Source: an uncultured delta proteobacterium (GTDB lineage: Bacteria; Desulfobacterota; Binatia; UBA9968). Taken from it: a stretch of DNA of 64,000 nucleotides. Below are positions 39,771-48,954 of this stretch, piece by piece. A model generated the notes under the pieces. The model did not search any database. It worked only from the letters and a program-made list of their open reading frames with translations, and was not told the DNA's origin. The stretch's first letter is position 1. Every line of letters starts with the position of its first letter. Both the position numbers and the translations under genes were made by a program. The stretch is from the NCBI GenBank assembly GCA_963771465.1, contig CAVYTU010000017.1, positions 1,056,001 to 1,120,000 on the forward strand. The letters are read 5' to 3'.

Positions 39771-40478
39771 TCAGTTCACTGCCGGCCGGGGATAACTCCG
39801 TACGCTATGCGTCAGCCCCATCCGCACCATCATCTCGGCGGTCTGAATGCTGGTCTTGAGCGCGTCCATCACCGGCACGCCGAGCTCTTTTGCCATTTCC
39901 TGGGGCGAATATTGCACCGGTACCATGGTCACGCCCATGGGCACGATGATTTCAGCGTCGTATTTGTCGATCAGCTCGCGCGCGACTTCGATGAAGCGGC
40001 CGCGCATCGCTTCGCGATTCTTCGTGCTTTCCGGCAGCGGGATGCCGATACCACGCATGCCGACGACGCTGTCGGCAACGCGCCACGCGTGCATCTGCTT
40101 GCGCATGAATGGAATGCTCTTGTCTTCATAGGCGACCACGCCCAGGCGATGAGTTAATTGCGCACCCAGATGAAGCACCGCCTGTCCCGCGCCGACCATT
40201 GGAATGCGCACAAGATTGCGAGCTAGTTCGACGCCGGCATCCAGAGTGCCGAATGGCACAACCGCGTCATAGCCCTCGGCTTCCGCTTTCACGGCGATCT
40301 CGGCGACTAACGGCCCGGCGGAAAGGGAGTTGACCTGGGAGTTGGAATGACGAAAGAACGTCGCCTTGATTACATCAAAACCGATTTCAGTCCCCGGCGA
40401 AGCGCAGCGCAAGACTGCCTGGCGGCGCCGTTCGCCTTCTTCAGGTGGATACTCGCCCATGACAACCATGATTTTCAT
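39771..40478 (-). CDS. Asp/Glu/hydantoin racemase family protein lacking the canonical cysteines
   Basis: AEAEGYDAVV..., D.GVELAR..VRIPMVG and ELGVPVMD motifs; GGGGG/AGGAG RBS. Confidence 0.8.
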   Translation of the reverse strand: MKIMVVMGEYPPEEGERRRQAVLRCASPGTEIGFDVIKATFFRHSNSQVNSLSAGPLVAEIAVKAEAEGYDAVVPFGTLDAGVELARNLVRIPMVGAGQAVLHLGAQLTHRLGVVAYEDKSIPFMRKQMHAWRVADSVVGMRGIGIPLPESTKNREAMRGRFIEVARELIDKYDAEIIVPMGVTMVPVQYSPQEMAKELGVPVMDALKTSIQTAEMMVRMGLTHSVRSYPRPAVN

Positions 40479-40647
40479 TGTTAAACCCCCGCTCCTGAAA
40501 GCTCTTCGATATATCGCCTATCCATAAAACGACTGTCAATCACCATCGATTAACGATCGCGCAAGATCGAGCATGTTGTAACACATAAGCCTTGTGCCTG
40601 CCGCGTGGCGCTTGACACATCTGGCGCCGGCCATTAATGCTTTTAGC

Positions 40648-41085
40648 ATGCTGGTCACCAATGGGGCACTCGGTCACATCGTGCTCAACGTCGCCAATCT
40701 CAAGAAGTCCGAGCGATTTTACACTTCGGTGCTTGGTTTGAAAGTCTCGGCGCGCAACTTGCACACGAAGATGACATTTTTGAGCTATGGCCGCGAACAT
40801 CACGATATCGCGCTCCAAGCGCTGCCGAAGGGCGCCAAGCATGTCAGCGGCGTGGGCTTAGCCAAGCTGCATCATTTTTGTATCTACGTCGACCGCAACG
40901 AACTCATCGATGGGCTCTATCCGATTTTAAAGCGGCGAAAAATTCCCATCGTCAGCGGTCCGGAGACGCTGGTGGTCGCGGGCAACCGGTCGATCAGCTT
41001 TCTCGATCCTGATGGCAATCGGGTCGAGATCGCCTGCAACGCCAACAAATTCAAATTCGATAGCCGAAAAAGGGCTATGCGTTAG
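40648..41085 (+). CDS. VOC family protein (glyoxalase / extradiol dioxygenase-like)
   Basis: LGHIVLNV, FYTSVLGL, HHDIAL, LHHF and FLDPDGNRVEI motifs. Confidence 0.85.
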   Translation: MLVTNGALGHIVLNVANLKKSERFYTSVLGLKVSARNLHTKMTFLSYGREHHDIALQALPKGAKHVSGVGLAKLHHFCIYVDRNELIDGLYPILKRRKIPIVSGPETLVVAGNRSISFLDPDGNRVEIACNANKFKFDSRKRAMR

Positions 41086-41114
41086 ATTTCGGACAAACCC
41101 AGGAGAAGTGCATC

Positions 41115-41891
41115 ATGTCAATCGAAGCGGTGCTGAGCGGAAAGACTTTGCCGACCAAGGAATTATGCCAAGTCTTGATGGACGAGGTGAAGCATCGCCA
41201 CGCGCGGCTTTATCATCCATTCTATCTCGATCTCTACGAAGGCAAGCTGCCCATCGAAGCCGTGCGCGTTTGGGCGAAGGAGGCCTGGGGTATCTTTGCG
41301 TACAACGTCGCGATCAATACCGCCAAGTTGGTGCGCTGCCAGCTTTCCGGCATTCACGATCCGGAGATTCATAAAAAATTCGTCGATGTCATCCATTCTG
41401 AAGTCGGTTACACCTACTTCGAAGATTCTCCGCGCGCAGTCTTGGGCCATCGGGCGCTCTTTCTCCGTTATGGCGAGGCCATCGGTATTCCAGCAGGCGA
41501 ATTAGAACGGCGCGAAACGGAAGAGGACTTCTTGCCGACGACGGTGCTCGCGCGTGTCGGTTGGCTCGATATCGCGCTACGCAGCAACCATATTCTCGAA
41601 CAGGTCGCATCGACGAATTGCTGCAACGAGTTCTCGAATCAATTGACCGGCGGCAAATTCTTCAAAACATTTCGCGATCACTATGGTCTGAAGCCGCACG
41701 ATATCGAATTCTTCGCCGAGCATGGCGAAGCGGACACCGAGCACAGCAATATCGGTTACGAACTGGTCGAGCAATTCGCCACCACCAACGAACTGCAAGT
41801 CCGAGTGGTCAAGGCGCTGCGCAAAGGTTTGTCGATCTGGTGGGCGCTCACTGACGGCGTGGCGCGGGAATGCGCGAAGCTCAAGAGGTAG
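41115..41891 (+). CDS. Heme-oxygenase-like diiron enzyme (TenA/PqqC/CADD superfamily)
   Basis: HPFY start; E..G...H (SEVG...GHRAL), NEF and HGEADTEH metal-ligand pattern. Confidence 0.75.
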   Translation: MSIEAVLSGKTLPTKELCQVLMDEVKHRHARLYHPFYLDLYEGKLPIEAVRVWAKEAWGIFAYNVAINTAKLVRCQLSGIHDPEIHKKFVDVIHSEVGYTYFEDSPRAVLGHRALFLRYGEAIGIPAGELERRETEEDFLPTTVLARVGWLDIALRSNHILEQVASTNCCNEFSNQLTGGKFFKTFRDHYGLKPHDIEFFAEHGEADTEHSNIGYELVEQFATTNELQVRVVKALRKGLSIWWALTDGVARECAKLKR

Positions 41892-41957
41892 GATAGTTAA
41901 CCGCCAAGGGCGCAAAGAAGATCGATTCAATCTGGAGCGCCCCATTGAGGATCAGTA

Positions 41958-42515
41958 ATGGAGTTGCTTTCGACGTTTCATCTGAAGAAGTGGGTTAAAG
42001 ACAACGCGCAGTTGTTCAATCCACCGTTCCGGACCAATCAGTTGCTGGTTCATCACAAAGATTTTCTCGTCATGATCCTGCGTGGGCCGAACACTCGGTT
42101 GGACTTTCATATTCAACCCGGCGACGAGTTTTTCTATCAAGTGCAAGGCGAGATGGAGCTGGTGGTCAAGCCGCAAGGCGAACGGCGCCAAAGCGTGACG
42201 ATCAAAGAAGGGGAAATCTTCGTCTTGCCCGGTGGTACACCGCACTCGCCGCGGCGCTTTGAAAACACCTGGGGGTTGGTGATCGAACGCAAACGACGAC
42301 AAGAAGAGAAAGAAGAGTTCGCCTGGTACTGCGAAGAGTGCGACGAATTGGTGCTTTCGCGCATCGTCAATCAAGGTGATATCCCGTCGCAGGTGTCGGC
42401 GGTCTACGGTGAATTTAACGCCGACCCAAAAATTCGCACGTGCAAGTCTTGCGGTTATGTCTTTCCCGAAACGCCGATGGCGGAGCGGTTGAGCTTTCTC
42501 GAGCCGAAGCAGTAG
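41958..42515 (+). CDS. nbaC: 3-hydroxyanthranilate 3,4-dioxygenase-like cupin
   Basis: GPNTRLDFH, EFFYQ, PHSPRR and GLVIERKR motifs; rubredoxin-like WYCEEC and TCKSCG. Confidence 0.85.
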   Translation: MELLSTFHLKKWVKDNAQLFNPPFRTNQLLVHHKDFLVMILRGPNTRLDFHIQPGDEFFYQVQGEMELVVKPQGERRQSVTIKEGEIFVLPGGTPHSPRRFENTWGLVIERKRRQEEKEEFAWYCEECDELVLSRIVNQGDIPSQVSAVYGEFNADPKIRTCKSCGYVFPETPMAERLSFLEPKQ

Positions 42516-42539
42516 ACTTCAGGAGAGCCAGGAGGAGCG

Positions 42540-43085
42540 ATGACCAACAAATATCAAGAACAATTCGGCTATCCGATTGAGCGGACCCTGGGGAAAGTGC
42601 GCCCGGCCATGGTTCCTTGGATTCAGGATTTTATTCGCAATTCGCCGTTTTGTGTCATGGCCACCAGCAACTCCAACGGTGATTGCGATGCGTCACCCAA
42701 GGGCGGATTGCCAGGCTTTGTCAAAATCCTCAACGATAAGCAATTGTTCATCCCTGACGTTGCCGGTAACAAGCTATTTCACGGTTACGGCAACGTTGAG
42801 AGCAATGCCAAAGTAGGCTTGGTGTTTTTCATCCCTGGTCACAACAGCACAGTTAGGATCAACGGTAGGGTCAAGGTAATCGATAGGGACGAACTCAATA
42901 ATGTGCGGTTGGAGGTCAGCAATCCTGACGAGAAGGCGGAAGTTCTTCAGGGCCTGTTGCTCGATGTCGAAGAGTCCTACAGTCACTGCCCGCGCGCCCT
43001 AAAGTTCTCCAACCTGTGGGACGTCAATCAGATTAGCAAGAACACCGCCACGCCACCGGTCGGTGCGAAAGAATCGGGAATCTAA
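42540..43085 (+). CDS. Pyridoxamine 5'-phosphate oxidase-like FMN-binding protein
   Basis: FIRNSPF..MAT, DASPKGG.PGFV, IPD..GN and YSHCPRA motifs. Confidence 0.85.
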   Translation: MTNKYQEQFGYPIERTLGKVRPAMVPWIQDFIRNSPFCVMATSNSNGDCDASPKGGLPGFVKILNDKQLFIPDVAGNKLFHGYGNVESNAKVGLVFFIPGHNSTVRINGRVKVIDRDELNNVRLEVSNPDEKAEVLQGLLLDVEESYSHCPRALKFSNLWDVNQISKNTATPPVGAKESGI

Positions 43086-43101
43086 CACTACTTGCTAATT
43101 G

Positions 43102-44523
43102 ATGGGCAGTGAATTCTGTTTCACCAACGCTCGTGAGTTGACGCAACTGCTGCGTTCACGCGCTGTCTCGGCGCGCGAAGTCATGGCCGCATTTCTCGAC
43201 CAAATCGCGCGGCTCAATCCCAAGATGAACGCCATCGTCGCCAAGCTCGATGATGAGAAGTGCCTTGCGCTCGCCAACGAGGCCGACCGACGATTGTCTC
43301 GCGGTGACGACGTGGGACCGCTGCATGGCCTGCCGTTCGCTTTCAAAGAATTAGATGCCGCAGTTGGCTTTCCGATGACGCGCGGCTCGCCGATCTTTAA
43401 AGATTTCATGCCGAGCGAAGATTCAGTACTGGTCGAGCGCTTGCGTGGCGCCGGAGTGATCGCGATCGGCAAGACCAACGTTTCTGAGTTCGGCATGGGC
43501 TCGCATACCTACAACCAAGTTTACGGAACCACGCTGAATCCGTATGACTTTAGCAAAACCGCCGGCGGCTCTAGTGGCGGCGCAGGTGCTGCGCTTGCGG
43601 CTGGCCTGCTGCCATTAGCCAGCGGCAGCGATCTCGGCGGCTCGCTGCGCAATCCAGCCAACTTCAACAACATCGTCGCGTTGCGGCCGACCGTCGGCTT
43701 GGTGCCGTCCGCGCCAGTGGCGTTGCCGTTCTTGGGATTCACAGTCAAAGGACCGATGGCGCGCTCGGTCTCTGATGTTGCATTCTTACTGAGTGTCATG
43801 GCCGGCGCCGACCCGCGCGATCCCGCGGTTTATCCTTCCGATCCCACAGTGTTTGCACGGCCATTGGATCGCGATTTAAACAACGTGCGAGTCGCGTGGT
43901 GTCCCGACTTGGGCGGCTTACCGCTCGACCGACGGGTTCGTTCAGTCTTGGCCGCGCAACGTAAAACTTTCGCCGATCTTGGCTGCGTCGTCGAAGACGC
44001 CGTTCCCGATCTTAGCGGCGCGGACGAAGTATTTCTCACGCTGCGGGCGTGGCATTACTATCACACACTCGGTCCGTTGCTCGCCGAGCATCGCGGCCGT
44101 ATGAAAGACGAAGCGGTGTGGCAGATCGAGTCCGGTCGCGATCTCACTGGCGCTGAGATCGCCAAAGCGATGAGCCTACACGGCGAGCTGATGCAGCGCA
44201 TGCGCCGCTTTCAGGAGAAATATGAATTTGTCCTTTGTGCGGTCAATCAAGTACCGCCCTTCGATGCATCCATCGATTGGCCGCGCGAGATCGAAGGCGC
44301 AAAGATGGAGAACTATCTCGATTGGATGAAGTCGGCGTATTGGATTACTTCAACTTTTTGTCCGGCGCTTTCAGTGCCGGCGGGATTTACCGAAGACGGT
44401 TTGCCGGTCGGCATCCAGATAGTCGGCCGCTATCGTGACGACCTCGGTGTGCTACAGCTCGCCCACGCATTCGAGCAGATAACTGGTTTCGGCAAACGCC
44501 GGCCCGCGATTGTTCTAGGCTGA
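43102..44523 (+). CDS. Amidase (amidase-signature family)
   Basis: GPLHGLPFAFK, GKTN, AGGSSGG and GSDLGGSLRNPA motifs. Confidence 0.93.
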   Translation: MGSEFCFTNARELTQLLRSRAVSAREVMAAFLDQIARLNPKMNAIVAKLDDEKCLALANEADRRLSRGDDVGPLHGLPFAFKELDAAVGFPMTRGSPIFKDFMPSEDSVLVERLRGAGVIAIGKTNVSEFGMGSHTYNQVYGTTLNPYDFSKTAGGSSGGAGAALAAGLLPLASGSDLGGSLRNPANFNNIVALRPTVGLVPSAPVALPFLGFTVKGPMARSVSDVAFLLSVMAGADPRDPAVYPSDPTVFARPLDRDLNNVRVAWCPDLGGLPLDRRVRSVLAAQRKTFADLGCVVEDAVPDLSGADEVFLTLRAWHYYHTLGPLLAEHRGRMKDEAVWQIESGRDLTGAEIAKAMSLHGELMQRMRRFQEKYEFVLCAVNQVPPFDASIDWPREIEGAKMENYLDWMKSAYWITSTFCPALSVPAGFTEDGLPVGIQIVGRYRDDLGVLQLAHAFEQITGFGKRRPAIVLG

Positions 44524-44618
44524 TCTCGCAGTCTTATAACAAGCAGCGCTTTCGCGAAATCCATCAAGCAGACAAACTCTCAAAGTAGTCAATTCGTAAA
44601 CCAAACGTCCCTAATAAG

Positions 44619-44655
44619 TTGCTATTGGTTTCTGTCGACGATGACCCAATAGCAA
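44619..44655. promoter_or_regulatory. Perfect 10-bp inverted repeat (operator or terminator)
   Basis: TTGCTATTGG-N17-CCAATAGCAA. Confidence 0.4.
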
Positions 44656-44747
44656 ATTCCTTTCAGATTCCATTCAGATAAGCGCCAGCGGCGCTCTACC
44701 TCTTCGTGGCATCAGTGTTGCTCCTTCATCTTCTGGTGGGGGAACAC

Positions 44748-45797
44748 GTGGGAAGCCTGAAGCGATCTTACACTCTTATTCTTTTTCTTGTGAGTCTGAC
44801 GCTCTCGTGTATGCCGAGTAACGGCACGGCGGATTCAAGCCGCGATGAAGCGATTCAGCCGCTGGTCACGACTGCAGAGTTAGTTGTCGGTAGCAATCGT
44901 TTCGCCTTCGGCCTGTTAAAGGCCGGAAAGCTTATCGAACGCGCGGACGTGATGCTGCGTCTCTTTTCCCTCGATGGATCGGAAGCGAATCTTGCTGCCG
45001 AAGTCCAAGTTCCATATCAAACCGTTTCTAAAGTGAAACAAGAGCGTGCACTGCATCGCCATGCCGACGGCACGGCACATGTGCATGGGGACGACTCGAT
45101 GGTGCGCGGGCTTTACGTTGCGCAACTGAGTTTTTCTCGCGGCGGGGATTGGGGCGTCGAATTGCATGTGAGCCAGAGCAACGGCGCTGTTGAGCCGGTG
45201 CGTTTTGCGGTTACAGTACAAGACAACTCGCCAACGCCAGCGGTCGGTTCCGCTGCGCCCCGGAGCCGTAATCTCATCGCCCGCGATGTCAAGAATTTAC
45301 GTCAGATCGATACCAGCCCCAAGCCCGATGCTCGGCTGCACCAGGTCCGCATCGCCGACGCCATCGCCCAGCGCAAGCCGCAGTTAATTGTTTTCGCCAC
45401 GCCGCAGTTCTGTACGAGCCGCATGTGCGGACCGGTGGTCGATATCGTGCGGACGTTGCTTCCTGCTTTTGGTAAACGAGTGGCATTTACGCATCAAGAG
45501 ATCTGGCAGGACTTCGGCGAGAAGAAAATGTTTTCGACCGTCGAAGAGTGGCAGCTCGATACGGAGCCATGGGTATTTATCGTCGATGGTGGCGGAATCA
45601 TCCGGGCGAAGTTCGAAGGGCTCATGACCGCGCACGAGCTGGAAAGCAGTCTGCAGCAAATACTGACGCGCGTGCCGACCGGCCTCCGGCAGTCGTCGCG
45701 CCTCATTCCTTGGAAGGGAACAGTTATCGATGGAGAAAATAGATTCTCTGAGAAGAGCGGCGCAAAGCGGTCCGCCCGGTTGAACATCGTCCCATGA
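44748..45797 (+). CDS. Thioredoxin-fold lipoprotein with a His-rich loop (start uncertain; ORF open from 44706)
   Basis: Lipobox-like TLSC; HRHADGTAHVH; FATPQFCTSRMCGP; TEPWVFIVD..G.I..KFEG. Confidence 0.65.
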   Translation: MGSLKRSYTLILFLVSLTLSCMPSNGTADSSRDEAIQPLVTTAELVVGSNRFAFGLLKAGKLIERADVMLRLFSLDGSEANLAAEVQVPYQTVSKVKQERALHRHADGTAHVHGDDSMVRGLYVAQLSFSRGGDWGVELHVSQSNGAVEPVRFAVTVQDNSPTPAVGSAAPRSRNLIARDVKNLRQIDTSPKPDARLHQVRIADAIAQRKPQLIVFATPQFCTSRMCGPVVDIVRTLLPAFGKRVAFTHQEIWQDFGEKKMFSTVEEWQLDTEPWVFIVDGGGIIRAKFEGLMTAHELESSLQQILTRVPTGLRQSSRLIPWKGTVIDGENRFSEKSGAKRSARLNIVP

Positions 45798-45896
45798 CGG
45801 TTCTCCGTGGGCCGTTGAGGGGGCGAATGGTGAGCGCCATGGAGTTGGTTGTGAACGATTACTTTTATGAGCTTGAAAATAGTGGAGAAGACACAA

Positions 45897-46490
45897 ATGA
45901 AACGTTCAATACTATCGATGATCGGAATTTTGAGTTTCTGTGGTATCGGCCTGATCTCTTCCTCGGCGACGGCGATCGACGGTCCCATGGCCAACGCAAC
46001 TGTAAGCTTTGGTCAGTGGGACCCGAATGATCCCGACCTTCCATCGCCAACACTGAATAGGTTGCTGGGTGACCCGGCGGGCGGATTGGGTAACAACCAT
46101 GAGCTCATTCCTAACATTGCGACCATAAAGGCAGGTGGTGCAGTCAATTTCATCATTAGCGGCCAGCACATCGTCAGCGTTTACGATAACGGACACCAAC
46201 CTAGTGACATCAATACAACGATAGAAGTGGATAACCCTGCCACACTAACGGTGAATGAAGCTTGTGCTACTAACGCCGGTGGAGTTCTCAGTGACTCCAA
46301 TAGACGAATCTATAGGGGGCCATGCCATGTTTCTACCGCTATTCCTCCCGTTGCTTCTGCGACTCGGCGCGACGGCGTTGAAGTAGTGAAGTTCTCAAAG
46401 CCCGGCACTTATCTGGTAATCTGTGCGCGGACGAATCATTTCGTTGACGACGGCATGTTCGGTTATGTGAGAGTGTTGCCGGGGCACTAA
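45897..46490 (+). CDS. Secreted cupredoxin (type-1 copper protein)-like
   Basis: Signal peptide; GQHIV His; C-terminal F.KPGTYLVICARTNHFVDDGMFGYVRV (Cys-His-Met). Confidence 0.75.
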   Translation: MKRSILSMIGILSFCGIGLISSSATAIDGPMANATVSFGQWDPNDPDLPSPTLNRLLGDPAGGLGNNHELIPNIATIKAGGAVNFIISGQHIVSVYDNGHQPSDINTTIEVDNPATLTVNEACATNAGGVLSDSNRRIYRGPCHVSTAIPPVASATRRDGVEVVKFSKPGTYLVICARTNHFVDDGMFGYVRVLPGH

Positions 46491-46592
46491 AACTGTCAGA
46501 TGAAACTAGCGCACGGCGGAGTCTGCGACTTCGCCGTGCGCTGGGTGCGTAGATATCGGCTGGACTGGAAACGTTTCTCTACGGAGGGGACT

Positions 46593-47828
46593 ATGAAAAC
46601 TTTTACTAAATCGCTGCTGATTGTGTTCGTCGTAGCGATGGCAGCCTCGTCAGTGAAGGCGGACATCATCGCCGATTGGAACGAAATGGCGGTCAACGCC
46701 GGTGCTAAGGCGCGCGTCGGGAATACTCCGACCGCTAGAGCCATAACGATGGTTCATTTGGCAATGTTCGAGGCGGTCAATTCGATCGAGCCGCGTTACA
46801 CGCCTTATCGAGCGCGGTTATCGGCGGATGCTGGCACGTCGCGCGATGCCGCAGCCGCGAGCGCCGCCCATACCGTTTTGGTCCGGATATATCCCGAGCA
46901 AACTGCGGAACTGGATAAGGCGCTCCAAGCATCGCTCGCGACCGTGCCGGAGGGAACATCCAAATCCCAAGGCGTTCAACTCGGCCAACAGAGCGGCACT
47001 GCTATAGTCAGCGAACGGCGTGACGACGGTTCGGACGCGCCCAACACCTACCGGCCGTTCACGGTCGTTGGCAAGTACGTTCCAACTGTTTTCCCAATTA
47101 ATTCAAGTGTTGGCGCCATGAAACCTTTTTCGCTTAAGTCCGGTAGTCAGTTGCGGCCGCCGGCGCCTTACTCGCTCAAAGGCGCACAGTGGGCAAAGGA
47201 CTTCAGCGAAGTAAAAAACTTGGGAGCAAAGACCGGTTCGGTGCGTACAACGGAGCAGACCGATATCGCTCGCTTTTGGGAATTGACAGGACCAGCGACG
47301 TACAACCCGGTGGTACGTCAGCTTTCAGCGGCTAAAGGACTCGATATTTTAGATAACGCGCGCTTGTTCGCGCTCTTCTCCATGGCAACGGCCGATGCTG
47401 GGATCGCCATCTTCGATGCTAAATACACCTACAACTTCTGGCGCCCGGTGACGGCGATCCGTAATGCAGACCTAGACGGTAACAATGCTACCGAGCGAGA
47501 TCCGACGTGGGAGCCGTTTATAGCAACGCCCATGCACCCGGAATATCCCTGCGCCCACTGTATCTCCCAGAGTAGTGCAGCCAGTGTACTCGAGGCGTTT
47601 TTCGGCGACGCCGTGCCAACGTTTACGATGACCAGCACGACCGCGCCGGGAGTGACACGTAAATTTTCCAAGCTATCCGACTACGTCACGGAAGTCGTCA
47701 ATGCTCGAGTTTATGATGGTGTGCATTACCGCACCTCCGGCGAGGTCGGCGCTGCGATGGGCCGCAAGAACGGCCAATATGCGGTGCAGAATTATTTGAA
47801 ACCGGTCGCTCAAAGCGCGGCGCGTTAG
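46593..47828 (+). CDS. Vanadium-dependent haloperoxidase / PAP2-superfamily protein, secreted
   Basis: Signal peptide; KYTYNFWRP, PEYPCAH and ARVYDGVHY motifs. Confidence 0.8.
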   Translation: MKTFTKSLLIVFVVAMAASSVKADIIADWNEMAVNAGAKARVGNTPTARAITMVHLAMFEAVNSIEPRYTPYRARLSADAGTSRDAAAASAAHTVLVRIYPEQTAELDKALQASLATVPEGTSKSQGVQLGQQSGTAIVSERRDDGSDAPNTYRPFTVVGKYVPTVFPINSSVGAMKPFSLKSGSQLRPPAPYSLKGAQWAKDFSEVKNLGAKTGSVRTTEQTDIARFWELTGPATYNPVVRQLSAAKGLDILDNARLFALFSMATADAGIAIFDAKYTYNFWRPVTAIRNADLDGNNATERDPTWEPFIATPMHPEYPCAHCISQSSAASVLEAFFGDAVPTFTMTSTTAPGVTRKFSKLSDYVTEVVNARVYDGVHYRTSGEVGAAMGRKNGQYAVQNYLKPVAQSAAR

Positions 47829-47940
47829 AGCTGTGTGATTTTCGAGTTGCGAACGAAAAAAAGAGAAAAACGACTCTCAGATTTTACCGAGATGACCAGG
47901 TCGGCGAATATGCCGGTTTGTCACTAAGCCGGTAGCGAAA

Positions 47941-48954
47941 TCATTTCTGATAGAGCTTGGCAGCAAAGCCGCTCTTTTCGATCTCGCGCAAAATCGTCCC
48001 GTCGATGAACTGCTCGGGCTTGGCATTTTTTGCGCGTGGGTCACGCTCGGCCATCCAGGTAAGCTGGGTTTGGATCGCGGCAGGCGATGGATGCGGGATA
48101 GGCTGATACAGTTCTTTGTAAAGCCGATAGACTTCTTCCAAAGCTTCGCGATCATCGATTTTCAAATATTTTCTGAGCGCGTTGATCGACGGCTCGGGAT
48201 TCTGCTTGACCGTGTAGATGCCTTCGATGATTGCGCGCATGTAGCGCGTCACGACATCGGGTTGGGTTTTGAGAAAAGCCCGGCTGGTGATCACTTCGAG
48301 CTGAGGAAAGGGGATGTCATATTGGGTCGGGTCGACCAGTATGGCGAAGCCGGCCTTCTTGGCGAGGCTAAAAAACTCCGGGGTCAAAACCGTCGAATCA
48401 ACGCTGCGCTTGCTCAAGGCCGATAATCGAGTGCTGGTGCCGCCGGTCTGAAGAATCGTCACATCTTTGTCGGGCGTGAGGCCGTAGCGCTGCAGAATCA
48501 AGCGCGCCGCCAAATCAGAGGCGCTGCCGAAGCGTGACACGGCTAACCGTTTGCCCTTCAATTGCTCGATGGTTTTAGTCTCTTTTTGCGCCAGCAGCGC
48601 ATACGGCATGCGACTTTCGATGCTGGAGATCGACACGATGTCGCTGCCGGCCAAGTTGCTGCTCACCGCCACGGTGCCGCCGCCCATGGCGATCTGGGTT
48701 TCGCCGGCGGTGAGCGCTTGCACCGTGGTAACGCCGCTTTCGATTAGCACGACATCGACGCTCAGGCCGTGTTTCTCGAAGATCTTCGCTTCCTTCGCGA
48801 GCCAATACGCCGCCATGTTGGCGGTCAGCGCGCTGTAGGAAGTTTTCAGGCGGGTCAGTTGGGCGTGTGCGTTACCCACCGTCAACAGGCTGACAAAAAA
48901 GATCAGACCGATCGGTCTGATCCGGCGGATCTGTCTGATCCCTTCATTACTCAT
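47941..48954 (-). CDS. ABC transporter substrate-binding protein, NMT1/SsuA-like
   Basis: WLAKEAKIFEKHGL, LKGKRLAVSRFGSASD and EIEKSGF motifs. Confidence 0.85.
   Translation of the reverse strand: MSNEGIRQIRRIRPIGLIFFVSLLTVGNAHAQLTRLKTSYSALTANMAAYWLAKEAKIFEKHGLSVDVVLIESGVTTVQALTAGETQIAMGGGTVAVSSNLAGSDIVSISSIESRMPYALLAQKETKTIEQLKGKRLAVSRFGSASDLAARLILQRYGLTPDKDVTILQTGGTSTRLSALSKRSVDSTVLTPEFFSLAKKAGFAILVDPTQYDIPFPQLEVITSRAFLKTQPDVVTRYMRAIIEGIYTVKQNPEPSINALRKYLKIDDREALEEVYRLYKELYQPIPHPSPAAIQTQLTWMAERDPRAKNAKPEQFIDGTILREIEKSGFAAKLYQK

Noticed and set aside
45730-45830. GGCGCAAAGC word resembling a c-di-GMP-I riboswitch
   Set aside because: The required P2 stem with GNRA loop and the P1 pairing could not be built.
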